Positions 35,369 to 44,359 of a stretch of DNA of 64,000 nt are shown one piece after another. Every line of letters begins with the position of its first letter. Within the stretch, counting starts at the first letter, position 1. Source of the DNA: Gammaproteobacteria bacterium (GTDB lineage Bacteria; Pseudomonadota; Gammaproteobacteria; JAPPPA01). Location of the stretch: assembly GCA_030425645.1 (NCBI GenBank), contig JAUHZK010000007.1:91116-155115 (forward strand), in the 5' to 3' direction. The notes under the pieces were generated by a model. That model was not told the origin of the DNA and did no database searches. It was given only the letters and a program-made list of their open reading frames with translations. The translations under genes were made by a program, and so were the position numbers.

Positions 35369-36406
35369 CTAGCCTTCAAATAATCCGTTTTGCACCGACG
35401 GTGCTGATAAACCGAAATGCGCCCAAGCTTGATTAGTCACCACCCGCCCTCGCGGCGTGCGCGTTAAAAACCCTTGTTGGATCAAATACGGTTCAATCAC
35501 ATCTTCCAAAGTACCGCGTTCTTCACCAATGGCGGCGGCTAAACTCTCAAGCCCGGCAGGGCCGCCGTTAAACCGTTCCATTAGCGCTTTCAGCAGGCGG
35601 CGATCCATATGATCTAGGCCTTTAGCATCGACATTCAGCATATCTAATGCCGCTGATGAGACCGACTGCGAGATATTGCCGTCAGCCTTAACCTCAGCAT
35701 AGTCACGAACACGGCGCAGCAAGCGATTAGCAATCCGAGGCGTGCCGCGGGAACGGCCTGCAATTTCAGCGGCACCCTCGTCGGCTATATCTAAATTCAA
35801 TAAGCGCCCAGAGCGGGCGACAATGGATGACAGGTCAGCAACCGAGTAAAACTCTAAGCGTTGCACAATGCCGAAACGGTCTCGCAGCGGCGATGTTAGT
35901 GCACCGGCACGTGTGGTCGCACCAACCAGGGTAAACGGTGGCAGATCGAGCTTGATAGAGCGCGCGGCGGGGCCCTCACCAATCATGATATCGATTTGGT
36001 AATCTTCCATGGCCGGATAAAGGACTTCTTCAACAACCGGGCTAAGGCGATGAATTTCATCCACAAACAGCACGTCATTGGGTTCTAAACTGGTCAGAAT
36101 CGCCGCCAAATCGCCGGGGCGCTCCAATACTGGGCCCGAGGTTTGGCGCAAATTAGACTGCATCTCATTGGCCAAAATAAAGGCCAGCGTTGTCTTACCT
36201 AAACCGGGCGGCCCATGAATCAAGACATGATCTAAGGCATCTTCGCGACGCCGTGCCGCCTGCACAAAGATTTGCAGTTGTTCGCATACCGTTGGCTGCC
36301 CCACATAGTCAGCAAAGGTTTTAGGGCGGATCGCACGATCAACCGCTTCGTCCTCGCCCTGGACGTGCATATCGATGATGCGATTTGCGGCTTGGTCAGC
36401 TTCCAT
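35369..36406 (-). CDS. ruvB: Holliday junction branch migration helicase
   Basis: [40 protein letters not shown]. Confidence 0.98.
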   Translation of the reverse strand: MEADQAANRIIDMHVQGEDEAVDRAIRPKTFADYVGQPTVCEQLQIFVQAARRREDALDHVLIHGPPGLGKTTLAFILANEMQSNLRQTSGPVLERPGDLAAILTSLEPNDVLFVDEIHRLSPVVEEVLYPAMEDYQIDIMIGEGPAARSIKLDLPPFTLVGATTRAGALTSPLRDRFGIVQRLEFYSVADLSSIVARSGRLLNLDIADEGAAEIAGRSRGTPRIANRLLRRVRDYAEVKADGNISQSVSSAALDMLNVDAKGLDHMDRRLLKALMERFNGGPAGLESLAAAIGEERGTLEDVIEPYLIQQGFLTRTPRGRVVTNQAWAHFGLSAPSVQNGLFEG

Positions 36407-36453
36407 GAAATCGACTATGTGGTTAACGATAACGCCAGTTTATCGGCTTGCGC

Positions 36454-37050
36454 CTAGCGGCGCATGGCATTCTGCAATGCGGCCTTAATTAACGCCGCAC
36501 TATCTAAATCTTCTTGCTCAACCGCACCTAACAATTTGTTCACCTCAGCTTCTTTATAGCCAAGGGCCGCCAGCGCTTCTTGAGCTTCTTTCAGTGCTGG
36601 ATTAGCCGAAACGCCGCCAGTGCTTGCGCCAACACCCGCAATCCCTAAACCGTCTAAGCGGTCGCCGATTTCTACCAATAGGCGCTCAGCGGTTTTTTTC
36701 CCAACCCCGGGAATTTTAGTCAGCGCGGTCACATCTTTAGCGGCCACACAGTCAGCAAATTCGGGCGGAGCCATATTCGAAAGAATGGCAACCGCCATCT
36801 TCGCACCCACACCGTTAACCTTAAGCAAAGCCCTGAAAAGCTTGCGCTCAACTGCCGTAGCAAACCCAAACAAAATATGCGCGTCATCACGTACCACGAG
36901 ATGAGTCTTCAGAGTCACCACTTGCCCCACATCGGGCAAGGCAAACAACGTCGACATCGGCACTTCCAGTTCATAGCCAACGCCGGCTACATCCAATAAC
37001 AATTCGTTCGGTTGTTTTGTTAACAGCGTCCCTGTTAGCTGACCAATCAC
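36454..37050 (-). CDS. ruvA: Holliday junction branch migration protein
   Basis: DVAGVGYE, LLKVNGVGAK, KIPGVGKKTAER. Confidence 0.97.
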   Translation of the reverse strand: MIGQLTGTLLTKQPNELLLDVAGVGYELEVPMSTLFALPDVGQVVTLKTHLVVRDDAHILFGFATAVERKLFRALLKVNGVGAKMAVAILSNMAPPEFADCVAAKDVTALTKIPGVGKKTAERLLVEIGDRLDGLGIAGVGASTGGVSANPALKEAQEALAALGYKEAEVNKLLGAVEQEDLDSAALIKAALQNAMRR

Positions 37051-37087
37051 TTCGCTTTCCTATTGATATTGCGCCCCTTCTAGGAGC

Positions 37088-37684
37088 TTATTCCTTGGCG
37101 TAACTACGCCACGCCGACCAACCGCGAGCTTGCTTACCGCTGCGCCCTTTGCGTAATTGCACTGCCTGAGTCGCATCGACCAGTGGACCAAGCTGGCGGT
37201 AATGGGCATGACATAGGGCCACAGCAATGGCGTCGGCCTGATCAGCTTGCAGTGAGTCCAGCGGCAACGCCAGCAAGCTCGCCACCATTTGCTGGACCTG
37301 CGTCTTATTAGCGGCACCGCTACCGGCCACCGACTGCTTAACAGCACGCGGGGCGTACTCAGCCACCGGCAATTCAGCCATAGCAGCGGCGCAAATCGCG
37401 GCGCCTCGTGCTTGGCCAAGCTTCAAGGCCGAGTCAGCGTTCTTGCTCATAAAGGCTTGCTCGATCGCAAATTCTTGTGGCTGGTGCTGCACACAAAGCT
37501 CACTAATCCCCTCAAATATACCTTTGAGGCGGCCCGCCACATCACCGGCTCCAAGCCTTAAGGTACCGCTGGCGACATGGCTGTAACGATTGCCCTGCAG
37601 GTCAACCACCGCCCAGCCAGTGTTACGCGAACCCGGGTCAATTCCGAGCACGCGTACCGTCTTAGCCGCCGATGGTTGAGCCAT
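37088..37684 (-). CDS. ruvC: Crossover junction endodeoxyribonuclease
   Basis: LGIDPGS, AIEQAF..NADSALKLGQARG, DQADAIAVALCH. Confidence 0.97.
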   Translation of the reverse strand: MAQPSAAKTVRVLGIDPGSRNTGWAVVDLQGNRYSHVASGTLRLGAGDVAGRLKGIFEGISELCVQHQPQEFAIEQAFMSKNADSALKLGQARGAAICAAAMAELPVAEYAPRAVKQSVAGSGAANKTQVQQMVASLLALPLDSLQADQADAIAVALCHAHYRQLGPLVDATQAVQLRKGRSGKQARGWSAWRSYAKE

Positions 37685-37711
37685 TACAAAGTCGTTAGTA
37701 ATAGCGGCTAA

Positions 37712-38308
37712 CTAGAAACCGAACTTAATACCAACATGAAAACCGGTGTCAGCTGTAACGGTGCCAGCGGCTTGTTTTGGATCAAACGTCACACGACGGT
37801 AGCCCAAGAAGACCTCGCCATTGCGCAATACTTGATAGCCCGCGCTAGCGCCGAACTCGAAAAACTCTTCAGCGTCGCCAAACGACAGAATTTTAGGTGC
37901 GTAGTAACCGTAGCCAGCAAAGACCAAGCGATCCATACCCTGAAGACGCGCCGATACTTCACCACCCACGCCTAGTGCCTGAGCGTCAAAACCACGGCCA
38001 TTCAGCCACGATGCACGCAGGCCAAGCGCCGCGTTAACTTGGTGGTTAGCGACACCGGCGTCACCCACAGAGCGCAAGGTACCAGTGAAAAGTTTACGGT
38101 CACTATCGCCGTTGTCGCCTTCCACCAATAGGAAACCAGCATCCCACTCAAATTCAGAATCAGCCGACATAGACACGGTGCTTGCATACTGCAGCCTTAC
38201 CGCATCATCAGACAGATCCAATGACAACGAAGACGCATGGGCTGGAGCCAGCAACGTAGCCATTAGCAAAGTGGCGCCTGATACGGCAGCGCGTAAATTT
38301 AAATGCAT
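37712..38308 (-). CDS. YfaZ-like outer-membrane beta-barrel protein
   Basis: Signal peptide, SLDLSDDAVR, YYAPKILSFGD, C-terminal Phe. Confidence 0.7.
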   Translation of the reverse strand: MHLNLRAAVSGATLLMATLLAPAHASSLSLDLSDDAVRLQYASTVSMSADSEFEWDAGFLLVEGDNGDSDRKLFTGTLRSVGDAGVANHQVNAALGLRASWLNGRGFDAQALGVGGEVSARLQGMDRLVFAGYGYYAPKILSFGDAEEFFEFGASAGYQVLRNGEVFLGYRRVTFDPKQAAGTVTADTGFHVGIKFGF

Positions 38309-38459
38309 AATTCCGGTTTCCTCTCAGAGTATGTAATCAATACGTAAAATAGACTGGCCTTATAATAACGGTTCGCGACTAACGGCACAGTATTTGCGTT
38401 AACAAAGACAAATAAACCGCGGGCTTTATCCCGCCAATCGACTTTCAATGTAACGAGTC

Positions 38460-40589
38460 ATGCCAACTGCAGCGCCAATTTCAGATCAGAACACCGAACT
38501 CGCCGTCGCTACGGCGGTTAAGCAAAGCTACGAACTGGTTGGCCGTTTGCTGGGGCCTGCATCAAAACAAAAACAAGCCGATTCGCTTGAAACCACGCAA
38601 ATTACGACCCGCTTCACCACGGATGAAAACGCCCTCAAAGCGGCGGCGTTATTGCCCTATTTGCAAGATAGCCCGCAGCATTGGCTGGCGGCTCAGAAAG
38701 CTGTTCCTGGCGAACTTGCCAAGCTACTGCAAAACTTGGCCGATCTAGCGCTGATCGACCAGCTACACGCGCCTAATCAATCGGGCACTGAACAAGAGCC
38801 CCTACGACGCATGCTATTAGCAATGGTTAACGACCTGCGCTGCGTTGTCATTAAATTAGCCCAGCACTTACAGCAACTCCGCCACGCCAAGTCACTCTCT
38901 AAAGACGCGCAAAAACAACTCGCACAACGCAGTTTTGCGCTCTATGCGCCACTAGCCAACCGGCTCGGCATTTGGCAGCTGAAATGGGAAATAGAAGACT
39001 TAGGATTCAGATACAGCGAGCCACGCCGTTACAAACAACTGGCAAAACAGCTAAAAGACAAACGCCTTGACCGCGAGCGCTATATCGAAAAGGCCATCGA
39101 ACAAGTCAAAAGCAAACTCGAACAGCAAGGGATTGACGCCACCGTATTGGGCCGGCCCAAACATATCTACAGCATTCACCGCAAAATGCAGCAGAAGCAA
39201 CTGCGCTTTGAGCAGCTTTTTGATATTCGTGCATTGCGGATATTGGTAGCTAACGAAGCCCAGTGTTATATGGCTTTGGGCGTTGTACACAGCCTGTGGT
39301 CGCCGATATCAGGCGAGTTCGATGATTACCTCGCCAACCCCAAGAGCAATGGCTACCGCTCTATTCATACCGCTGTTTATGCTGAAGCTGGCAAAACCTT
39401 AGAGGTACAAATTCGTACCGAAGAGATGCACAAGCAGGCAGAACTGGGCGTGGCGGCGCATTGGCGCTATAAAGAAGGTAGCGCAGAAGACGAAGACTTC
39501 AACCGCAAAATTGGCTGGTTGCGCGAGCTACTAGAAACTAGCCAAGACACCGACGAGGATCTGATCCCAAGCCTCACTAATCAGGTGTTTGAAGACCGCA
39601 TCTACGTGGTCACACCAGCGGGTGACATTATTGATCTGGCTGCCGGTGCTACACCTTTAGATTTTGCCTTTGAGATTCATACGCAAGTGGGCTATCGCTG
39701 TCGCGGCGCGCGGATTAACGGCAATATCGTGCCACTTAACACGCGCCTGAATAATAGCGACCAAGTGGAAGTGTTGACGGCCAAAACCAGCCAACCAAGC
39801 CGCGATTGGTTAAACCCTCAACTCGCCTACGTTACCACCGCCAAATCTAGAGCCAGATTGCGGAGTTGGTTTAGAGCCCAAGACAAAGACGACAACATTA
39901 CCGCTGGCCGCGATATTTTGGAGCGCGAACTAAAACGCCTAGGACAAGCGGAACGTAATTACGACACTCTGGCGAAGCTGTTTAAGAAGAAAGACGCTGA
40001 CGAACTACTCGCCGCCATCGGCGCCGGCGATATCTCGCCCAGCCAAATTGCCGGTCAGCTGCAACCACAGGCACCTGCCAGCTTACGCATTTTGGCTCGC
40101 AAACCTCCCTCGCAGCAAGCCAGCACCCGCGTTAACGTACAGGGCATCGGTCAACTGATGAGCAGCTTAGCCAGATGTTGCCGCCCGGTACCGGGAGACA
40201 GCATTGCCGGCTTCGTAACCCGTGGCCGCGGCGTGTCCATTCATCGCCAAGACTGCCAAAAGTTTCTAAACCTGCGTGGTCAACACACAGCCCGCGTGAT
40301 TGATGTCAGCTGGGGGCAAGCGCAGGGCCGCGTACTGCCGGTCAACATCAACATTGAAGCCTGGGACCGGTACGGGCTGCTGCGCGACATTAGCTCAGTG
40401 TTAGCAAACGACCACGTCAATGTGCTCGGCATTCAATCCACCACGGATGTCAAAGCCCACAAAGCCTATATTGATGTCAGTGTTGAAGTGGAGAGCCTGG
40501 CGGCACTGAGCGTAGTCTGTAACCGCGTTGCCCAAGTCCCTAATGTGATTGACGTAAAACGCGCCCAAGAGAGTCGAGCACGCGATTAG
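38460..40589 (+). CDS. relA: GTP pyrophosphokinase, (p)ppGpp synthetase I
   Basis: Degenerate HD domain, APLANRLGIWQLKWE, GRPKHIYSI, EFDD synthetase motif, TGS, ZFD and ACT domains. Confidence 0.92.
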   Translation: MPTAAPISDQNTELAVATAVKQSYELVGRLLGPASKQKQADSLETTQITTRFTTDENALKAAALLPYLQDSPQHWLAAQKAVPGELAKLLQNLADLALIDQLHAPNQSGTEQEPLRRMLLAMVNDLRCVVIKLAQHLQQLRHAKSLSKDAQKQLAQRSFALYAPLANRLGIWQLKWEIEDLGFRYSEPRRYKQLAKQLKDKRLDRERYIEKAIEQVKSKLEQQGIDATVLGRPKHIYSIHRKMQQKQLRFEQLFDIRALRILVANEAQCYMALGVVHSLWSPISGEFDDYLANPKSNGYRSIHTAVYAEAGKTLEVQIRTEEMHKQAELGVAAHWRYKEGSAEDEDFNRKIGWLRELLETSQDTDEDLIPSLTNQVFEDRIYVVTPAGDIIDLAAGATPLDFAFEIHTQVGYRCRGARINGNIVPLNTRLNNSDQVEVLTAKTSQPSRDWLNPQLAYVTTAKSRARLRSWFRAQDKDDNITAGRDILERELKRLGQAERNYDTLAKLFKKKDADELLAAIGAGDISPSQIAGQLQPQAPASLRILARKPPSQQASTRVNVQGIGQLMSSLARCCRPVPGDSIAGFVTRGRGVSIHRQDCQKFLNLRGQHTARVIDVSWGQAQGRVLPVNINIEAWDRYGLLRDISSVLANDHVNVLGIQSTTDVKAHKAYIDVSVEVESLAALSVVCNRVAQVPNVIDVKRAQESRARD

Positions 40590-40606
40590 CGACTGGGCCG
40601 AAAGCG

Positions 40607-41287
40607 CTAATTAAAGCGCCAACGAAAGCCTAGATTAACGATAGGATACAACTCAAAGCGTTCAGCATCTTCTTGCAGCTCACGCTCCTCGTTCTCGGCT
40701 TCGCTGTCACACAGCGCCTGCACACTCGGCCCACCAGTGCAGTCGGCCACTACCGTTACCTGCGGGGTGCCCTGAAGCATGACACCGATATCCACGAACA
40801 CCCCAAGCGGAATACCTTTGGCTACCAAATTACCCCAACCAATGCCGAGGTACGGATGGGTACCAGACAGGTCAACATCAACATCAGCGCGGCTACCGTT
40901 AGGAATCAGGTTATTACCAAACTCGCAGGCGGTTTGTTCGCAGGTGGCGGTAGCACGCAAACGATTATCACTATTTTGCAGGCCCGCACTCAAACGAAAG
41001 CCGCCACCGAAGACATGATAATCGAGCCCCAAACCGATATTGCCGAGATCCAAATCACCTTGATAAGTCATCTGGTTACCCGAACCTTCGGCGTCCAACT
41101 CAGTGGAATAATCCAAACCACGGTAACTGGCGCGCACATTCAGGCGGTCGCTAATGCCATAAACGCCGTCAAGCCCGAGGCCCAAGCTCCCTGCCGACAG
41201 CCCCAAGCCAACACTGCCAGACTGTGCGAATACAGCCGTACTCAAGAATACTAACGAGCTAGTTACCAAGACTTTTATTGAGCGCAT
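40607..41287 (-). CDS. Outer-membrane beta-barrel hypothetical protein
   Basis: Signal peptide, GSLGLGLD, PYLGIGWGN, LYPIVNLGFRWRF. Confidence 0.7.
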   Translation of the reverse strand: MRSIKVLVTSSLVFLSTAVFAQSGSVGLGLSAGSLGLGLDGVYGISDRLNVRASYRGLDYSTELDAEGSGNQMTYQGDLDLGNIGLGLDYHVFGGGFRLSAGLQNSDNRLRATATCEQTACEFGNNLIPNGSRADVDVDLSGTHPYLGIGWGNLVAKGIPLGVFVDIGVMLQGTPQVTVVADCTGGPSVQALCDSEAENEERELQEDAERFELYPIVNLGFRWRFN

Positions 41288-41341
41288 ATAACCTCCGCTA
41301 CAACTACTATTTATATGGTTCTAAGTAACTGCAATTAAAAC

Positions 41342-41368
41342 AAAAAAGCCGCCTCAATGGCGGCTTTT
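41342..41368 (-). terminator. Intrinsic terminator after lpdA
   Basis: AAAAAAGCCGCC-TCAAT-GGCGGCTTTT. Confidence 0.8.
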
Positions 41369-41386
41369 CTGAATGCTAATAACAGG

Positions 41387-42820
41387 CTAGCGCTTTTTCT
41401 TTGCCAAACCATGCAACGGCCGTTCATCAACCGCCAAGGAAGCTTCATGCACTACCTCAGATAGGGTTGGATGAGCGTGCATAGTGCGGGCGATGTCCTC
41501 GCTGCTACCTTGGAACTCCATCACTGACACCGACTCCTGAATCAGCTCCGAGGCATTGGGGCCGATGATATGCACACCCAGCACCTCATCGGTTTCTTCA
41601 TGCGCAATGATTTTCACAGTACCTTGCGCGGCTTCCATCGCCTTGGCGCGACCATTTGCCATGAAGCTAGCCGCTCCAACGCGATAAGGAATCGCCTCAT
41701 CTTTGACCTGCTGCTCAGTTTTACCAACCCAGGCAATTTCAGGCCAGGTGTAAATCACTGAAGGAATGGTGTCGTAATTCACATGCCCTGGCTTACCAGC
41801 CATAATTTCAGCAACCTTGACGCCCTCTTCCATGCCTTTATGGGCCAACATCGGACCCCGTGTCACATCGCCAATGGCATACACGCCCGGCAGGTTAGTG
41901 CGATTTTCGCCGTCAACGACAACAAATCCGCGTTCATCTAATTCCAGCTCAGCCGAGCCAATTAAGCCATCGGTATTCGGGCGGCGACCGACGCAGACTA
42001 CTAGGCGTTCTACTCGAATATGATCGGCGCCATCTTTGGTCTCAAAGTTAACCGCAACATCTTTCTTGCCAGCTTTAGCACCGGTCACTCGCGCACCTAA
42101 CTTAATGTCCATACCTTGCTTTTTAAAGGTACGCTGGGCCTCGCGTTGAATTTGCTGATCAGCGATAAAAAGGAAATCGTCCATCGCTTCGATTACGGTC
42201 ACCTCAGCACCCAAACGGCGCCATACCGAACCCAGCTCTAGACCAATCACGCCGCCACCAATCACCCCAAGGGTTTTCGGCACTTCATCAAAGGCTAGCG
42301 CACCTTCGTTATCAACAATGCGATCACCATCAACCGGTGCCACTGGGATATCTACTGGTTTGGAACCGGTGGCGACAACAATTTGTTTCGCCTCCAGTGT
42401 TTCTACGCTGCCATCAACGCCAGCAAACTCAACCCGGTTACCGGCGTTAAGCTTTGCAGTACCGTGGTAAAAGGCAATGTTATTACCCTTTAGCAACTGC
42501 AAGACACCACCGGTTAGATTCTTGACGATGTCATTCTTACGCTGGTGCATTTGGCCGACATCAAAACTGGCACCTTCGACTGAAATGCCGTGTTTCTGAT
42601 ACTCGTGATGCAGTTTTTCCCAAGCCTCCGAAGACTCTAATAAGGCCTTCGACGGAATACAGCCAACGTTGACACAGGTGCCCCCCAAGGAGGGTTTGCC
42701 AGCGGCATTTTGCCAAGCGTCAATACAAGCCGTTTTCAGCCCAAGCTGCGCGGCTCTAATGGCACAAACGTAACCCGCCGGGCCACCACCAATCACAATT
42801 ACATCAAACTGTTCGCTCAT
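41387..42820 (-). CDS. lpdA: Dihydrolipoyl dehydrogenase (E3)
   Basis: GGGPAGY, GGTCVNVGCIPSK, HAHPTLSE. Confidence 0.97.
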   Translation of the reverse strand: MSEQFDVIVIGGGPAGYVCAIRAAQLGLKTACIDAWQNAAGKPSLGGTCVNVGCIPSKALLESSEAWEKLHHEYQKHGISVEGASFDVGQMHQRKNDIVKNLTGGVLQLLKGNNIAFYHGTAKLNAGNRVEFAGVDGSVETLEAKQIVVATGSKPVDIPVAPVDGDRIVDNEGALAFDEVPKTLGVIGGGVIGLELGSVWRRLGAEVTVIEAMDDFLFIADQQIQREAQRTFKKQGMDIKLGARVTGAKAGKKDVAVNFETKDGADHIRVERLVVCVGRRPNTDGLIGSAELELDERGFVVVDGENRTNLPGVYAIGDVTRGPMLAHKGMEEGVKVAEIMAGKPGHVNYDTIPSVIYTWPEIAWVGKTEQQVKDEAIPYRVGAASFMANGRAKAMEAAQGTVKIIAHEETDEVLGVHIIGPNASELIQESVSVMEFQGSSEDIARTMHAHPTLSEVVHEASLAVDERPLHGLAKKKR

Positions 42821-42829
42821 TATCTTTTC

Positions 42830-44341
42830 CTAGAGCTGCAGTAATAAGCGGGCTGGGTCTTCCAGCGCTTCTTTCACTGTCTTCAAAAACTGTACTGAGT
42901 CTTTGCCATCAATAATGCGGTGGTCATATGACACTGCCAAATACATCATCGGCGCGGTAACGACTTCACCATCGCGCACAACTGGACGCTCATTGATGGC
43001 ATGCATACCTAAAATAGCGGACTGTGGCGGGTTAATAATGGGCGTACTCATCATCGAGCCAAAGACACCGCCATTGGTAATGGAGAAGGTGCCGCCAATC
43101 AATTCTTCCATTTTAATTTTGCCGGTTTGTGCGCGTGCGCCGTAATCGGCGATGGTCTGCTCAATTTGGCCAAAATTCTGTTCGTCGGCATTCCGCAATA
43201 CAGGCACTACCAAGCCATTGTCGCTGGCTACGGCAACGCCGATATCGAAATAGCTGTGATAGACAATTTCGTCGCCATCAACCGCGGCATTCATTACCGG
43301 ATAGCGACGCAAGCCTTCGACCACGGCTTTAACGAAGAAAGACATATAACCCAAGCGAACGCCATATTCGCTCTCGAACTGACCGCGGTATTTTTCGCGT
43401 AAGCGTTTTACCTCAGTTAGATCAACCTCATTAAAGGTAGTCAAAATCGCTGCGGTTTGTTGCGACTCTACTAAGCGCTCAGCAATACGCTGACGCACGC
43501 GCGTCATCGGCACACGTTGCTCGCTGCGGTTTTCACCTTGCGGCGGCAAGGCTGGCTCTGGCGTCGCCACGGGTGGTGGCGTAGGAGCCGCTGCCGCCGA
43601 AGTCATCGTAGTCTTAGGCATATCAGCAGCGGCTTTGCTACGCGCAGCCAAATACGCCTGCACGTCTGACTTGAGTAAACGCCCTTCCTTGCCGCTGCCG
43701 GCAATATCGGCTGCGTCCAAGCTATTTTCTTCAAGCATTCGGCGCACAGCCGGACTTAATGCCGCGTTAGACTCGGCAGCCGCTGGAGTTTCCACAACCG
43801 CCACTGCTGGTTCTTCAGCTGCGCCAGCCGTCATTAGTCCAAGGGTCATACCATTGGTGACCACAGCACCTTCGCCCTGCTGAATTTCAGTCAGCACACC
43901 GTCGGCCGGAGCCGGCACTTCTAAAACCACTTTATCGGTTTCAAGGTCGAGTAAGTTTTCGTCGCGGCGCACCACATCGCCGACCTTTTTATGCCAACCG
44001 GTAATGGTGGCATCAGCGACCGACTCAGGCAGTGACGGCACATTAACGCTCAGCACTTCAGCACTCAAGTCAGCTGCTTGTTCAGTTGCGGCAGCGGCAA
44101 CCGCTCCCTCTTCAATCAAACCCAATACGTCACCATTGGTAACCGTATCACCTTCATTGAACTTGACCTCGGCCAAAACGCCAGCACTCGGTGCGGGCAC
44201 TTCGAGCACAACTTTGTCTGTTTCCAGCTCCAGTAACACTTCATCACGCGCCACCGCTTCACCTGGTTTTTTAGTCCACCGGGTAATAGTAGCGTCGGAT
44301 ACTGATTCAGGTAGTTGAGGTACTTGAATTTCGATACTCAT
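42830..44341 (-). CDS. sucB: 2-oxoglutarate dehydrogenase E2 (two lipoyl domains)
   Basis: Two [12 protein letters not shown] motifs, E3-binding domain, YDHRIIDG. Confidence 0.96.
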   Translation of the reverse strand: MSIEIQVPQLPESVSDATITRWTKKPGEAVARDEVLLELETDKVVLEVPAPSAGVLAEVKFNEGDTVTNGDVLGLIEEGAVAAAATEQAADLSAEVLSVNVPSLPESVADATITGWHKKVGDVVRRDENLLDLETDKVVLEVPAPADGVLTEIQQGEGAVVTNGMTLGLMTAGAAEEPAVAVVETPAAAESNAALSPAVRRMLEENSLDAADIAGSGKEGRLLKSDVQAYLAARSKAAADMPKTTMTSAAAAPTPPPVATPEPALPPQGENRSEQRVPMTRVRQRIAERLVESQQTAAILTTFNEVDLTEVKRLREKYRGQFESEYGVRLGYMSFFVKAVVEGLRRYPVMNAAVDGDEIVYHSYFDIGVAVASDNGLVVPVLRNADEQNFGQIEQTIADYGARAQTGKIKMEELIGGTFSITNGGVFGSMMSTPIINPPQSAILGMHAINERPVVRDGEVVTAPMMYLAVSYDHRIIDGKDSVQFLKTVKEALEDPARLLLQL

Positions 44342-44359
44342 TGCTTTTATTCCTTACCC

